Of a stretch of DNA of 64,000 bases, positions 24,801 to 37,325 are shown one piece after another. The notes under the pieces are model-generated. The model had not been told where the DNA came from. It did not search any database and was given only the letters and a program-made list of their open reading frames with translations. This stretch comes from Lingula anatina (lineage: Eukaryota > Animalia > Brachiopoda), in NCBI GenBank assembly GCA_051362555.1, contig CM120641.1:10230001-10294000 (forward strand). The letters are read 5' to 3'. Every line of letters starts with the position of its first letter. Position 1 is the stretch's first letter. The position numbers were made by a program, and so were the translations under genes.

Positions 24801-27473
24801 AAATTAGAAAAAGGATTCATTGACAAGATTAACTATTGGTTTCTGGGTATACACTTATATATGCGAAAGGTGGCTGAAGACTTGAAGAGTCAGTCAGATT
24901 ATTTCAATATTTTTCAATGATTACACCTACAAAGGTAAAACTTTGGTAGTCTGTTTCTCCCAGAGACACTGGGCAATCAGATCTCAAAGCACCTGTATCC
25001 TGCTGCAAGTTGCATAGAGAGGACATCAACATTCTGGATGTCAGCATAGTAATTCTGTAGAATAGATTCTGCAACTTATGACAGCTGACAATATTGTGGC
25101 ATTTATCAACAATTTAGTGTATACACTTCAACATTCATTGCTGCTCAAACCATCTCACTGGTTGCTTAAACAATTGCCTCTGCACCTGATACATTGAAAG
25201 TTGCTCAGGCCATGCTGTCATTGACTTAAGAAACAACTTGTGTCAACTCTGAGTCGGCTAGAGATTAATCTGTTCATGATTTTCCAATTTTCTTATTACA
25301 GAGGCGTAGTCCCATGGGGCAGATTATCATCCTTATGGTTCACTACTGATTACATACTGTTAGTAGGTTCGTAAACTCACATCCGCCTCTATGTACAAGA
25401 CAATGTATCTCCCTAGAGAGTGGGCAGAGTCATTAATGTCAATTTAAACATTTTTGAGGAGGTTTAGTATAACATCATTGATGAGCATTTTTTTCTTTTT
25501 TCCACATTCTTTCAAATGGCACTTCTCATTATTGCCAATGCCTTGATTCACTGAGTGGCCCTTGATTAAGATTAAGAAAGAAAATTCCCATCAGTGATGG
25601 CTACTTTCAAGAAAACTGTAGTTCCTTCACATAACATTTATTTTTTAGTATCCAGGATGTTTTGATATGAATACAAAGTAGACATAGTACCCCAATTGAT
25701 ATTCACCAAAAAAAGGCAGTACCTGTTAAATACTTAAAACAAAGGTTTGAAGTGTTTCAAAGCTAGTTATTTTTGGGAATTTGTTCACAGAAATCAAGAG
25801 GAGTTCCATATGAAAATCTAGATCCTCCAAATAGCAATGAAGAGACAACTTTATCCAAAGTTACTTCAACACTAAATGGTGCTTAAAGAGTTGCTGTAAT
25901 TTTCCACTTGCACATTTAAGCTGGAGATTTATTAGGTGGTGGTATAGACTAGATGCCATAAATGCAGGATATGGGTAGTGCCAGATGGACATTCACCATA
26001 CAGGGTGTGCTTGCATTGGTGCCAAATGGATACTCAATATAATGACCAAACTTGCATAAAGTCTTTTGGTTATACTGTACTCATCACACAAATATCATAT
26101 ATACATATGTAGAGTCTCCTGGATGCAAGCCCTTGAACACTAGAAGAAAACATTTGCATGGTACCAATAATACATTTTTGATGGTACCAAATGAGTACAA
26201 TAAGGGCAATTTGCTCGTTATTACTTCACCTAGCTTATACATGTAGGTACCATAGATATATATGCATGGTACCAACAGAATAATAACCTCTCAAAGATAA
26301 AGTATTCAGGGATACATTATAAAGGCTATCTATTTTGCCTATTGGATGCACTAAGAGCTACAATTTATGCAAAGGTTGGGCAGAATGTGAAAGTTAAGAT
26401 TCATTGCACCTACTGTAAGTGTACCTTCCCTGACTTATTTCCTTTCACTCCTTCATTTCCCTATGCACCTAACTTGCCATTGTTACTTAACATCCAAGAG
26501 ATACTCACTGTCAGTAGGTGACCATCATATTAATGGTATTAATGTAAGCAAAGAACAATAGAAATGGATTTACCTTATTAAGTCTAACAGGCATTTTCCA
26601 GAATCAAAGTTCATCTTATCCCATTCAGCTTTGGTATTTAAGTGTATCAATTGCCTGTTTGCTAGGCATTTTATAGGCTGTAATTATGGATTCTGAAAAT
26701 TTTGTATTGATTCTTATGTTTAGTTCAATAGAAGAATATTTGGTCCACTTCTGTAAATATATTTTAAAGAAGACACTTGATTAATAATGTATGGGCAATA
26801 CATACTAGTGTATTCAACCACATCAAGTCCTCTTGCCAGCAGTTTCAGAGAGGGTTTCTTTTTTCTGAAAAATTGGACCCTTTTGCCCTCTTAGTTGACC
26901 CAACTTGAGAAATGGCATAGAACCTAGATCAAAATTTGATTGCAAGCAAAATTTTTCCGACCAAAAGGGCAATTCTTTCTTTTCCCTCCTCCCCACCTGT
27001 GGGGGCATAACAGTAAAAGGGTAGTCTGATGTAGATATGATTTGTTATTTGATTTACATCTGGCAGCAGGCTTTGACAAACATATATGTTTAATATGCTA
27101 CAAAACATCCAGTTGCTCTCCACTTGTGGAAGATTGTATTATTTCAATCCCAGAAATTCCTTGTATAACACGCACTTTGTATACAATCACATTTTTCTTT
27201 CAATTTCCGAAACTTTTCCCTTAATTTGTAAATTTGTCTGTAGAATCAATAAGAACCATAAGATATGTGAACTTTCTCATAGTACTTGAGATAGAGTAGA
27301 GGAAAAAATGTCTAAATTTTTCCTCAACGATAAACATTTATGAAAGATATTGGATTGAAGATCTGGAATCAATTGGGAAGAGAAAGCTGCCTTGGGAGAA
27401 AGAAGTTAATGCTAATGGAAAAAGTAAATGCAAAGGTGCCCCCCTCGCTGGCTCCCCCTCCCCCCCTTCCACG

Positions 27474-27476
<3 letters not shown>

Positions 27477-27511
<35 letters not shown>
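27477..27511. repeat. (CA)n microsatellite
   Basis: Direct reading. Confidence 0.95.
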
Positions 27512-27513
<2 letters not shown>

Positions 27514-28599
27514 CCCACCAAATCAAAGTGAAAAAAATAAAGAGATATGTTTAAAGTGGATGTCTAGAGTAAGCAAATATTTTCAGTTTCACTTAAACAA
27601 GTAATTGCATCACATCGTTATTAAACAGACAGAAAAACTGTCAGTTTGCCTTGAATTTGAGAAGAAACATTTTTTCCTTCACATATCATCTGAAGGTTCA
27701 TCTGTAAGGACAAGGTGTCAGCCACTGTGAAACGGGATGATGTTTGTAAATGTTTGGTTTTTTACCTGCAAATCACAAAGGTCAATACCTTAGTTAATAT
27801 CTGAAAGGAGCTTGGAAATACCTTCGCTCTTGTGTGATAGCCAGTTTTGAATTCAAACATTTACACTGTTGAACACACAGGTTGAAGAACTGTGAGAGGA
27901 AATGGAGATTTGCCAATTTTTTTCTGTATCACTGATTAAGGATTTCTAAAATATTTCTTACAATTTGATTTTATCATGATAGAATAAAAGGAGGTGCACT
28001 TATGATAATACGGCAGAATTAAGAAAGACAAAATCTTTTTGATGTGCAGTTGATTTTTTAAAGATTGTCATGAGAAATTGTGTGGATTTCTCTGATGATG
28101 TTACTTTATCATGTAAGGCAAGACAGTTAACTTTATTTTGATTAATTTTTATTAATATATATATATATGTATTATTTTATGCTACTTGATGAAATACTGT
28201 ATCTGTCACTATAGTACCTTCCACTGATAGATAGATGAGTACCATAAGACTTGCTTCAAGCACAAAATTCAGATTTTGATTTGTCTTTTTAAAAAAACGG
28301 ATGAAGTTACTAGTAGTATGGATATTGATTTTAGTTATTACTGATCATCTTTGTAATAGTGAAAATAAAAGTGATGCAAACCTGACAGTATGTTTACTAC
28401 GTTGTTATGCCTCATTATATCGGAATGCCTCTTTCTTTTCATAAATGGCCAATTAACCAGAAAATGATATCAGGTGTTCTTGGTTGAATCTGTTTTCTGC
28501 CCTTGCTTCCTAAATGAAATATGTATGCTCTGATTTGCACAGCAGCATCTCCCTCGACAGCAGTTTGTTTATATATACAGTAGCGGTGGAGAGGCCTAT

Positions 28600-29008
28600 T
28601 GGAAAGCAGAATGGACTCTTCCAATTCCTGCTGGGTTTATAATGACTCTGACTACTGCCTCGCATCTAGAGCCAGATCTACCAGGTGATTGAGACAATAA
28701 TGAACTGCCACTGCATGGTTAGATGACACAATCAATCACAGGAGCCAGTAACTCTAGTGACTTTCCCTTCATAGAAAAACTGTTAACAAGTCTGAAGATT
28801 CTCTGCATCGCCGTTTGATTTTTTATGCGTGCTCAATTGTCGAAACATTGAAAGTTCCAGCAAAAATACAGTTTTGCTTAATTTTTTGGTTATCAATCAG
28901 GCTCACCTTTCAAAGGAAGGAAATTGAATTTCTAGGGCCTAATGTTACAGATAGTCTCTGAAGCTACTGAGACACCATCCTGACTGCATCAGGTGCTTTA
29001 AGTACAAG
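28600..29008 (+). other. Putative non-coding 5' exon/promoter of the nested GPCR (start uncertain)
   Basis: Consensus donor AAG|gtaagt at 29008/29009, followed by a T-rich intron-like start. TATA-like sequences at about 28568 and 28636, and a few CpGs locally. Confidence 0.4.
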
Positions 29009-31357
29009 GTAAGTGTGGAACCTTCACATTCTTAGATTTATTGGTAATTATTTTCATGGAATCCTTTTCACTTTTTGATTTAAGGTTGTGCTGAAAAGTT
29101 TTGCCGTATTTTCATCATAGTGAATTTTTTTTTTTAATTTGCATTTGTAAAGTGACCAGGATGTATTATTGCATGTTAGTAAAGTTAAATTTAATGCTGT
29201 TGACTTCCTTGTAGATGTATTTTCTAATTTTCTATGGATTGGTTTACTGGTTAAAAACTTTTCTGCATTTTTTCTTTTTGTTAAGCAAAACAGATAATTT
29301 GGAAGTATATAAACTGAATTTTAATATTCAATAAACTTTTTGCTGATGATTAAAGAATTTTGGAAGTTATCTTAAGATAAGATTCATATTTTTCTTATTC
29401 ATCATTTGTAGTTTCATGTAACTAGAGGTCAGTTTAATCACAGCTGAAGTGCAAATGGCACATCCACCTTGCTGTTGAGTGGTGTATCTGATTGGCTTAT
29501 GCTGAAGTGGATGTCAAGAATAAAAAACTCTGGCATAGTGTGACTAGTATAGTAACGTGACTTGTGAGATGCACTGTGTCCAAGTCTTTTGTTCTGGACT
29601 TCAGCTGTGGTATAAGAGATAATAGACCATAAGGGAGAAATGGCTTCAATTACTGCTCTCCAAAAGTACAACAAGCAAGTTAATTACCCACATGACTATA
29701 TCAGACAACACTTTTCAGTGAAAGGAAACTTCTTTTGTTTTTCATGTATCAGAGTAGTTCATGTACTTTATTGTAACAACCATCAAGTTTATGATGTGCT
29801 GTTCTTTACATACTGCAAATGAGGTAATTTTGAGTTTTTATCAATCAAAAAATAAATAAATACATACTTTGTGGCTTATAAATCATTTCTGAAAATTATT
29901 TATTTAAAACTTTTAATATCTTCATATAAATAAGGTCATAAATTGCCTTGATTATTATATTTTTGCCATCTTAGATATTCATTGATAAAACATTAAATTG
30001 TAACAATGCACCAAAATCCTCAATGTACCAGTGAACATGGTGTTTGGATTTTTCTCAAAAATTCCTTGATGCAATCATGGTGACTGATGTTAACAAGGAA
30101 AGGAAGTTATGTTACAAATAAAAAAACATTCTACTAAATGCTTTTTATATTTAAAAAAGGCCACCTCAATTCATGCCCTACCGTATAGATTCTGCTAATG
30201 CAAAACGTGTCATGCTCAGTCATCAATGGGAGTGCTTAGTAAAACTTCAATCATGATTTGAAATTCACAGTAGAACGAGACAATAAAGATTTTAATCCTG
30301 GAATATCAGAGATAGACAGAGGTCACACAGATTAGTCTGAATCCATCCAGACAGTCTCATTTTGAATAGGTTTCTGAAAACAATCATAATTATGTGAATG
30401 GGATGGTTGATGCAAATGTACATTAAAAGTCTTTCCATCAAAATGGTTCCATTCAGCCCTTGCCATTATTTTACCATAAGAAGTGATAGTTGTTATGTTT
30501 TTTCTCCATTTTCTGCTTGAATAACCATTTTACAGGTCTGTAAAGTTAAAGTCTTAAACTACCTTAGGATAAAAAGTTCTGAACTCAAACATTTTTTGTC
30601 TTTTTTCTTTAATCTTGACAGATTGCAATCTTTTGCACAACAGTGCCAATTAACTTTTACTTGTCACTTCAGTACAACTATTTTTCTCAGACAAAATTAC
30701 TGTTATATAAAGATTCTCCTAAATTACTTAAAAGTTAGCCCCACTTGTGGATTTTAGTATTGCATTATGTCACGGAAAACTGTCAGCTTTGTCTTTTGCT
30801 TAATTATAAATATAATAAATTTATGATTCCTAATAAATGGGGCTAGTGTCCAGTTGTGGACATCAAGGCTTATTTGGACACCAGTCAAGGGTCCATCGCT
30901 TACTTAAAAAACATTGTTTTTCCTCATGGCCATCAACTCAAAAGTCTCACGTCAGTCTTTCCACTGCGTGGGGTTACCAAATGATGTTTTACTGTGCCTG
31001 TAACGCAATTGTGCTCATATTATGGGATCACTTTCCGTGAACGAGCTTCATTATCCCATTGATGAAGCTCAGGTCATATCTGTTCTTAGAAAATTAAGCA
31101 ATATGTCAAAACATTGATGTGAGATAATGGGCACAGTAATTACTATACTTTGATGATTTCTTATTAGTGAGGTCAATATACTAGGGATTTTTTTAAGTAA
31201 CTAAAGAATCTTTTAAGTCGATGATTTCTTTGAACTTCATTACCACTTACTGACAATTAGTCTGTAATTGTATTTCAGGTGAAGTGGCCTGCAAATATTA
31301 CCCTCATTTCCACCAATACAAATTCATTAATTTAAGTTTTTATTTCACATTTTGTTA

Positions 31358-31619
31358 GACTGGGTCCCCATACCTAAATCAATCTTACAGGAACGATCCA
31401 TCTCCAAGGTTTTTTTTGCTAAATTGCTTTCAGCCTTAGCGGCTTTGATGTCTGACATGCCTATTGAAGCTGCTAAACAATAATTAATTAATTACCCCCC
31501 TAGCAGCTTCAGTAGGCATGACAAACATCTAAGTCGCTTAACTTGATAACAATTTAGTGAGAATTCCCTTGGAGATAGATCGATCCACAGTTAGTACGAT
31601 AGGGTCTGGGAATGGTCCC
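31358..31619. mobile_element. Hairpin MITE, copy D
   Basis: TTA|GACTGGGTCCCCA ... TGGGAATGGTCCC|TTC. Long inverted arms around TAATTAATTACCCCCCT. It is a reverse-orientation relative of copy E. Confidence 0.8.
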
Positions 31620-33799
31620 TTCGTCTTGTAAAAGAGACATACAACCCAGAACTAGTTAAGGTACACTTGTGTGTGGCTGGTGATCAGATATAAAAAAAAA
31701 TATTGTAGTTATCTCTTTGATATTTTACCATTTTTCTTAGTAGATTAATCATTTGTGATAAAAATAAGATAAATCACTTCCACATTTTCATGCATGTGGC
31801 AGGAAGAATCTATGTGCATTCTGATCAATAGTCCAGAAATGAGACCATGCCTTATTGGATCATGCATCATCCCTTAATTTGTTTTTGTTTATCTCTTCTC
31901 AGTTTCATGCTGATTAGTGTGAACACTATCATCTGACATGGTACACTGGATTATGTTAAGGTGATTTCTCAAGTTTCTGATGGAATAGATGCTTAACTAT
32001 GCTGTCATAGATTTAGATTAAACCCTATGCCCCAACCCCACAGACCTCATCCAACTTAAAACACCAGCTTAGATAACCAGTGAAATGTTATAAGGCATAT
32101 TGCTTAAATTATTTATCATTCCTCGTTGCTCCTAAACAATTTTTAATTTCTATTACCTTTTTTGTTTGGAAACATATCACCAATAAAATAAATATAACTG
32201 TTAATTATTCCGTGTTCATATTTCTGTAACTATTTCACCTGCATTCATTATACTAGAGTAACGGACAAATCTCACTCCGTCCATCTGTCCTGGTATTTAT
32301 ACCTTTATGCTTTCTGACCACAGGCAGGCCATTGCATCACATTGATTGACAGACTACATGTTTTTTCCTTAGATAAAGCAAGATTAAGCTTCTATCAACA
32401 TAAAAATGTTTGGACATATTCTTATTATTCAGAAATTTTTTAAGCCCAGAATGGTTTCCCTCCTTTCCTACGTACCTCACTTCCTCCCTCCCACTTTCCC
32501 TGTACATGTGCATGCACACATGCACGCACACACTTTTACTTTTTCACTGCCCTTTTCCATCTTCATTCTGGTTCCAGAGATTTCTATGATGGTCATGGGT
32601 AATTATTGTTTTCCAATTAATTTTTGATTTCAACCAGACAATTTTAAAGAAAACAAAACTTATTCAAAGCCATTCTTGTATCACTCACTGTTATTAGTAT
32701 ATAGTCTGTTTAATTAGTTTGCATGCTTACTTGCCCGTAAAGAATGAAACAGGCTTAACAACATTTTTTCTGTAGAGAGTGATATGTGGGGAATAGGGCA
32801 TTTGTAAGCAAACATGATAAAATTTACATATATCAATAAGAACATTCCTATATGTGTACGTTTTCTACATATAATTGTCATATATCTTTTTTATTTAAGT
32901 TTATGCCATATGAATGGGCAATAAATTTGTTTTGTTTTCTGATCATCTATTGCTATAAAAATGAAATAATTTGGCCTTTACCTCGGACATTATCTGTCAT
33001 ATTTTCAGCAAGTTACATCCTATGAATGTTATCCTTGAAGAAAAAGAGCACACAATATGTGGTCTTTGGACATTTACTTTTCTCATTAAATGGTTTCGGA
33101 GGCAGGAAATTATAATCTTTGATTGTCAGTTAGACAAAGTCTGAGAAGCTTATTGTCTGCAGTTAATGGACATTGTTAGGGGACTTTTGCAGTTTAAAGC
33201 TGAGAGTTTTGATGTAATGCCACAATATCCCTTTCAAGTTAAATAGCCTTATAATACTTTATTGAATGACTACTTAATTTTTTTCACATTTTCAAAATTT
33301 GCATAAGGAGAGGATTTTTTGCTCTAATGTCAAAACTTTAGAATTATAAATGTTTATATTATTATATTTAAATCATTGTCAGGATTTAAAAAATGTAAAA
33401 AAAATCTATTATTGCTTCATTTTCATACAATAAACTAATATTATGATAATGGTTAAATAAGAAGTCCACAAAAACTGATGCATAGTGATGCATTTGGAAG
33501 CAATATAGATTAATTATGTGGTATTAAACCTTGTAAAGGACTTAGGCTCAGAAGAATGTGAGTGTTTTTCAGTTCTATCTCCCATATACACAATCTAGGG
33601 AGTAACTGGGCATAGGGTCGTATTATATGATCTGTATGTTATCAATCTGCATATTCAACAAATTCTGTCTGGAATAAAACGGACAGCTTGGCTAATCATT
33701 AATGCATGCCTGAGCTGGTAAGTAAATTTGAAGAAAAGCTTTCTGACAGATTGTATGCATTTATCTCCAGTAATAAGATAAACAATTTCTTGATTGTAG

Positions 33800-34062
33800 G
33801 GATCCTGGTTGGGACATCAGAGCAAGTTTGGAGGAATGAGAGGTCTTAATTAGCCTATCAGTTGTCCAGGGTTATGTGTACTTATGAACTCCGCTGTGAC
33901 CAAAAAAAGGAGAAATAAAACACAAAGAGAAAACTGATATTTAAAAAAACTGTAGGTAGAATTGACCTCTGGAAGTGAAAAAACCAGCACCAATATAAAC
34001 TTTTGTACCTGGACTACCTTATCTGAAGTACTGCTCTGAGGAAAAAGAGTCACCTGTCAAGA
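33800..34062 (+). other. Putative 5' UTR part of the GPCR coding exon
   Basis: Acceptor tttcttgattgtag| ending at 33799. Confidence 0.5.
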
Positions 34063-35301
34063 ATGGACCACTCGGCATTGATATTGGGAACCTTGATTCC
34101 AACGGCTGCTGCTGAGCCACAGGGAAATCTCACTGCTGAACTTTACATGGCAGGAGGTGGCGAAAACCAGTTTCCATCCCATGACTTGAGCTACCAGGAC
34201 AAGCAGCAATGCTTTAATTATGCCAATGGCTCTTTTAAGGATGATGAGCGACTTGAGCAGATACAGTTTGTGATGTTTGGAATAATCTTGCACATCATTT
34301 GCATATTTGGAGTTGTTGGCAACCTTGTTTCGTTCTTTGTCCTCAGCAGAAAAGAAATGCGCTCCTCTTCCTCCTGCTATCTTATGGCTTTAATGATATT
34401 CAATACAGTTGTCCTACTGACTGCATATTCCAATGATGTTATGACAGGTATTGGAGTGGGAAGCATGTATGGCGCCGTTTCCAACTATATCCTGACATTT
34501 GGTTCAGCTGTTGGTCAGTGGTGTTCCGACTGCAGCACTTGGTTGACCATTGCCCTCACTGTAGAACGCTACATATTTGTCTGTCACACTTTTCAAGCTT
34601 CAACAATGTGTACCATGCGCCGAGCCATCATAGTTATTGTGTTTTTGTCTATTGGGATGTTTCTTTATGATATCCCATGGTTTCTGCGGCAAGAAGTGAG
34701 AAGTGTCACTTGTCCATTTAACGATGAGCCTATCACATACATTGTGATGCGTTCTGAAAAGCATCGCCCTTCAGATATGTACTATAATATACAGCTTTTG
34801 TATATTATGCCTGCCTTATTTCTCATTGTGCCCATATTTGTTTTGACAGCATTCACAGTAATCTTGTTACTTGAGGTGCGAAAGTCAAATAAGCTACGCC
34901 AACAGATGTCTACCACACAGACTGCTGAGATCAATGTCACAGTTGTTCTCATCAGTGTTGTTGTGGTTTTTCTTATTTGCACCCTACCAAATTGTATTTT
35001 TGCCATTACTCGCACTGTTAAAAAAATTGAAAAAGCAGACGACCCATATTTCGACATTTACTTCACTTTCACTGGAAGAGTCTGTTTTATTGTAGCAAAT
35101 GTGTTCTTTTATTCAAATTCAGCTCTAAATTTCTTGATTTTTTGTACAGTTGGTCAAAAATTTAGAAAAACATTCAAGCGTATATTTCTTCGACGCTGCA
35201 AGTTCTTGACAACGGAAGTGGTTCGTTACAGCAGTGTGAGTGTTGGCTCGAGAACTGGTTCAACCAGGGCAAGCTTTTATCAGACTGAGACAAACATATA
35301 G
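34063..35301 (+). CDS. Single-coding-exon class A (rhodopsin-like) GPCR, FMRFamide/sex-peptide-receptor-like orphan peptide receptor
   Basis: 412-aa ORF with 7 hydrophobic segments. Motifs: TM1 GVVGN, TM3 WLTIALTVERYIFVCH, TM6 FLICTLP, TM7 NSALNFLIFC, helix 8 GQKFRKTF. N-terminal sequons NLT and NGS, Ser/Thr-rich tail. In-frame stop upstream at 34024-34026. Confidence 0.93.
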   Translation: MDHSALILGTLIPTAAAEPQGNLTAELYMAGGGENQFPSHDLSYQDKQQCFNYANGSFKDDERLEQIQFVMFGIILHIICIFGVVGNLVSFFVLSRKEMRSSSSCYLMALMIFNTVVLLTAYSNDVMTGIGVGSMYGAVSNYILTFGSAVGQWCSDCSTWLTIALTVERYIFVCHTFQASTMCTMRRAIIVIVFLSIGMFLYDIPWFLRQEVRSVTCPFNDEPITYIVMRSEKHRPSDMYYNIQLLYIMPALFLIVPIFVLTAFTVILLLEVRKSNKLRQQMSTTQTAEINVTVVLISVVVVFLICTLPNCIFAITRTVKKIEKADDPYFDIYFTFTGRVCFIVANVFFYSNSALNFLIFCTVGQKFRKTFKRIFLRRCKFLTTEVVRYSSVSVGSRTGSTRASFYQTETNI

Positions 35302-37284
35302 TCAGGTGACAAGTTCTATAGTTATTGGAAATGCAAGAAAGACTGATTTTTTAAATGAAAGTACTATCATTTCAATATTTATAAACATGATTTATAAGTT
35401 GCATTGATACTATCATTTTGATTTTGACAACATATATGACCTGATTCTTTTAGAGTTAAAAAGGGTCATTTGCCCATGAATTGATGTGTTTTAATCAGTT
35501 TATAAAAGTACAATTAATGAGATTTGATCTATATTCAGGTAGCAGAATATCTGTGGATTTTTTGTTTCAAGGCAACAGTTTCTGAACATGAAAAGGTTAA
35601 ATTAACCAAAGCAGAGCAGGAAATGTAACTTTTGATGCTATTGATTTTGCAGCTCATGCAAAAATGGACAAAAAATTCAAATTTCTTTAAAACTAACATC
35701 AGTTGTGGTAAATCGATTTCCCAGGACGTCACAGTTGGTAGAATGATCCAACAAAAACGTCATATTACAGGAAAGACAAGGTACTAGAAACTAGATTACA
35801 GAATGGAGTTCAGGTTCTATTAAGATCTATATTTGTTACTGAATATAGCAGAATTCTAAATTTAAAGGTGCTTCAGAATTTTTTGTAACATGTTGATGGT
35901 GTTATCACCCATTTACTACGTTGTGGGTAATTTTTACGGTAAGCGTTATTTCGATTAGAGCAAAATGCTTAATGTACTTTGTATACATGTAACATAATTT
36001 ATACCACTGCTCAAGCAAGAAACAATGGGTCACACCATGACCTGTTCCAAGCAGAGTCGTGGCACACATGGTTGAGTATTGATTCCATTTCTAATTGGTT
36101 TTAAATCTGATAAAGCTCTCGTGCTGAAGCTTAGATTTATGTAAAATGGAGGAGTATCCAATTATTTCCACTATTTTACTTAAAACTTTGCGATCTTTAT
36201 CTTTCATGTTATTGTCACTGCAGAAGTGGTCAAAATATCACAGCTGTTCATTAATGACATGTTTCAAATATGTATCACGAGGCACTGGTGCTTTTTTTTA
36301 ATGTGCAAGTGACGTGAAATTGAATTTTAATTTATATATTTATTAGGTAGGTCTGTATTTTACATGATTTGCCAGTGTAACGGTTGTATTTTAAGCTACT
36401 TTGGCTGAATGTACTTTTTATGTAAGACTATAGTAAAATAATTAAGTCTGATATTGTTTGATAAGTTGGTGTGGCAGTAGATTGTAATTTTTGTCGATCT
36501 ATTTAGTTTCTATGTTTGCTTGTTTGAACTTTTCACCTAAAAAATAAATAGTTATGTTTATCATGATCCTACCTGTTTATTGTGATTCTCACAGTAAGTA
36601 AATATATAAGACCATGGGGCATTTTATGAAAAATTGTCCTATTTGAAGAAGTTTAAAACTGTTTATAGTCTGTTTATATAGTTATGTTGAAAAGGATAAA
36701 ATAACTTTTTAAAAAGTTGCTTTAAAAAAGTTTAAATTGTTTTAGCTCCCTTTATAAACTGTGATGTATGCTTTCAGAGTTGTCAGTGTCATTTTGAGAT
36801 GGGAGATATTTATCACTTTCATTAATAGTTCCTGTTTCAGAAATATTTAATTTATTTTTAAAATGCAGTAGGTAACTTTACAACAAGTAGAGATTAAAAT
36901 AAGAAGCAGTTATATAAATCACCCGTCATATTTTTTAAAAATTATAACATAAGACTGACAGGTAATGGTATTTATGTACATTTTGATCGTTTACTGTTTG
37001 TTATTCTTCTTCCATGTAAATGAAACATGCTGCTGTATGTATATTTTTTCTGCCTCACAATGACTTAGGATCATTGTGAAATTAGTTGTGATTTGTATCA
37101 ATGTATGAGTTCTCAGAATCAGAGACAATGCAAGAAAATATGAAAATGCTATTGCATTGTTGATTGCATAGCTTTTTTTTTCTTTCTTTTTTTTTTTTTT
37201 TTTTTGGGGGGGGGCAGGTGCTTGAGCAAGTTAATTGATATTTTTCTTTTTAAGCAAGGTCTTCATAATTTCTTGTTTAAAATT

Positions 37285-37286
<2 letters not shown>

Positions 37287-37323
<37 letters not shown>
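37287..37323. repeat. (TA)n microsatellite
   Basis: Direct reading. Confidence 0.95.

Positions 37324-37325
<2 letters not shown>

Noticed and set aside
31262-31290. Possible recursive splice site (ttgtatttcag|gtgaag) in the giant intron
   Set aside because: The regenerated donor is weak and such motifs are expected by chance in 43 kb. It would need nascent RNA-seq saw-tooth evidence.
32250-32295. Possible HINE 3' end fragment on the minus strand (ACGGA..TCCGT hairpin next to CTAGT)
   Set aside because: Too short, and no matching other end was found.
7763-34063. In-frame ACP6-GPCR fusion protein
   Set aside because: Splicing exon 6 to 33800 hits TAG at 33851-33853, and there is an in-frame TGA at 34024-34026 upstream of the GPCR ATG.
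33850-35095. ORFs antisense to or overlapping the GPCR (33850-34053, 34057-34293, 34782-35057, 34871-35095)
   Set aside because: Shadow frames of a real coding region and its leader, with no independent motifs.
34063-35301. Idea that the GPCR is an LPA/lipid receptor functionally paired with the LPA phosphatase host
   Set aside because: Its motifs (WLT..LTVERY, NS..NF, long ECL2) fit invertebrate peptide-receptor-like families, not EDG or P2Y-type LPA receptors. Position alone is not evidence.
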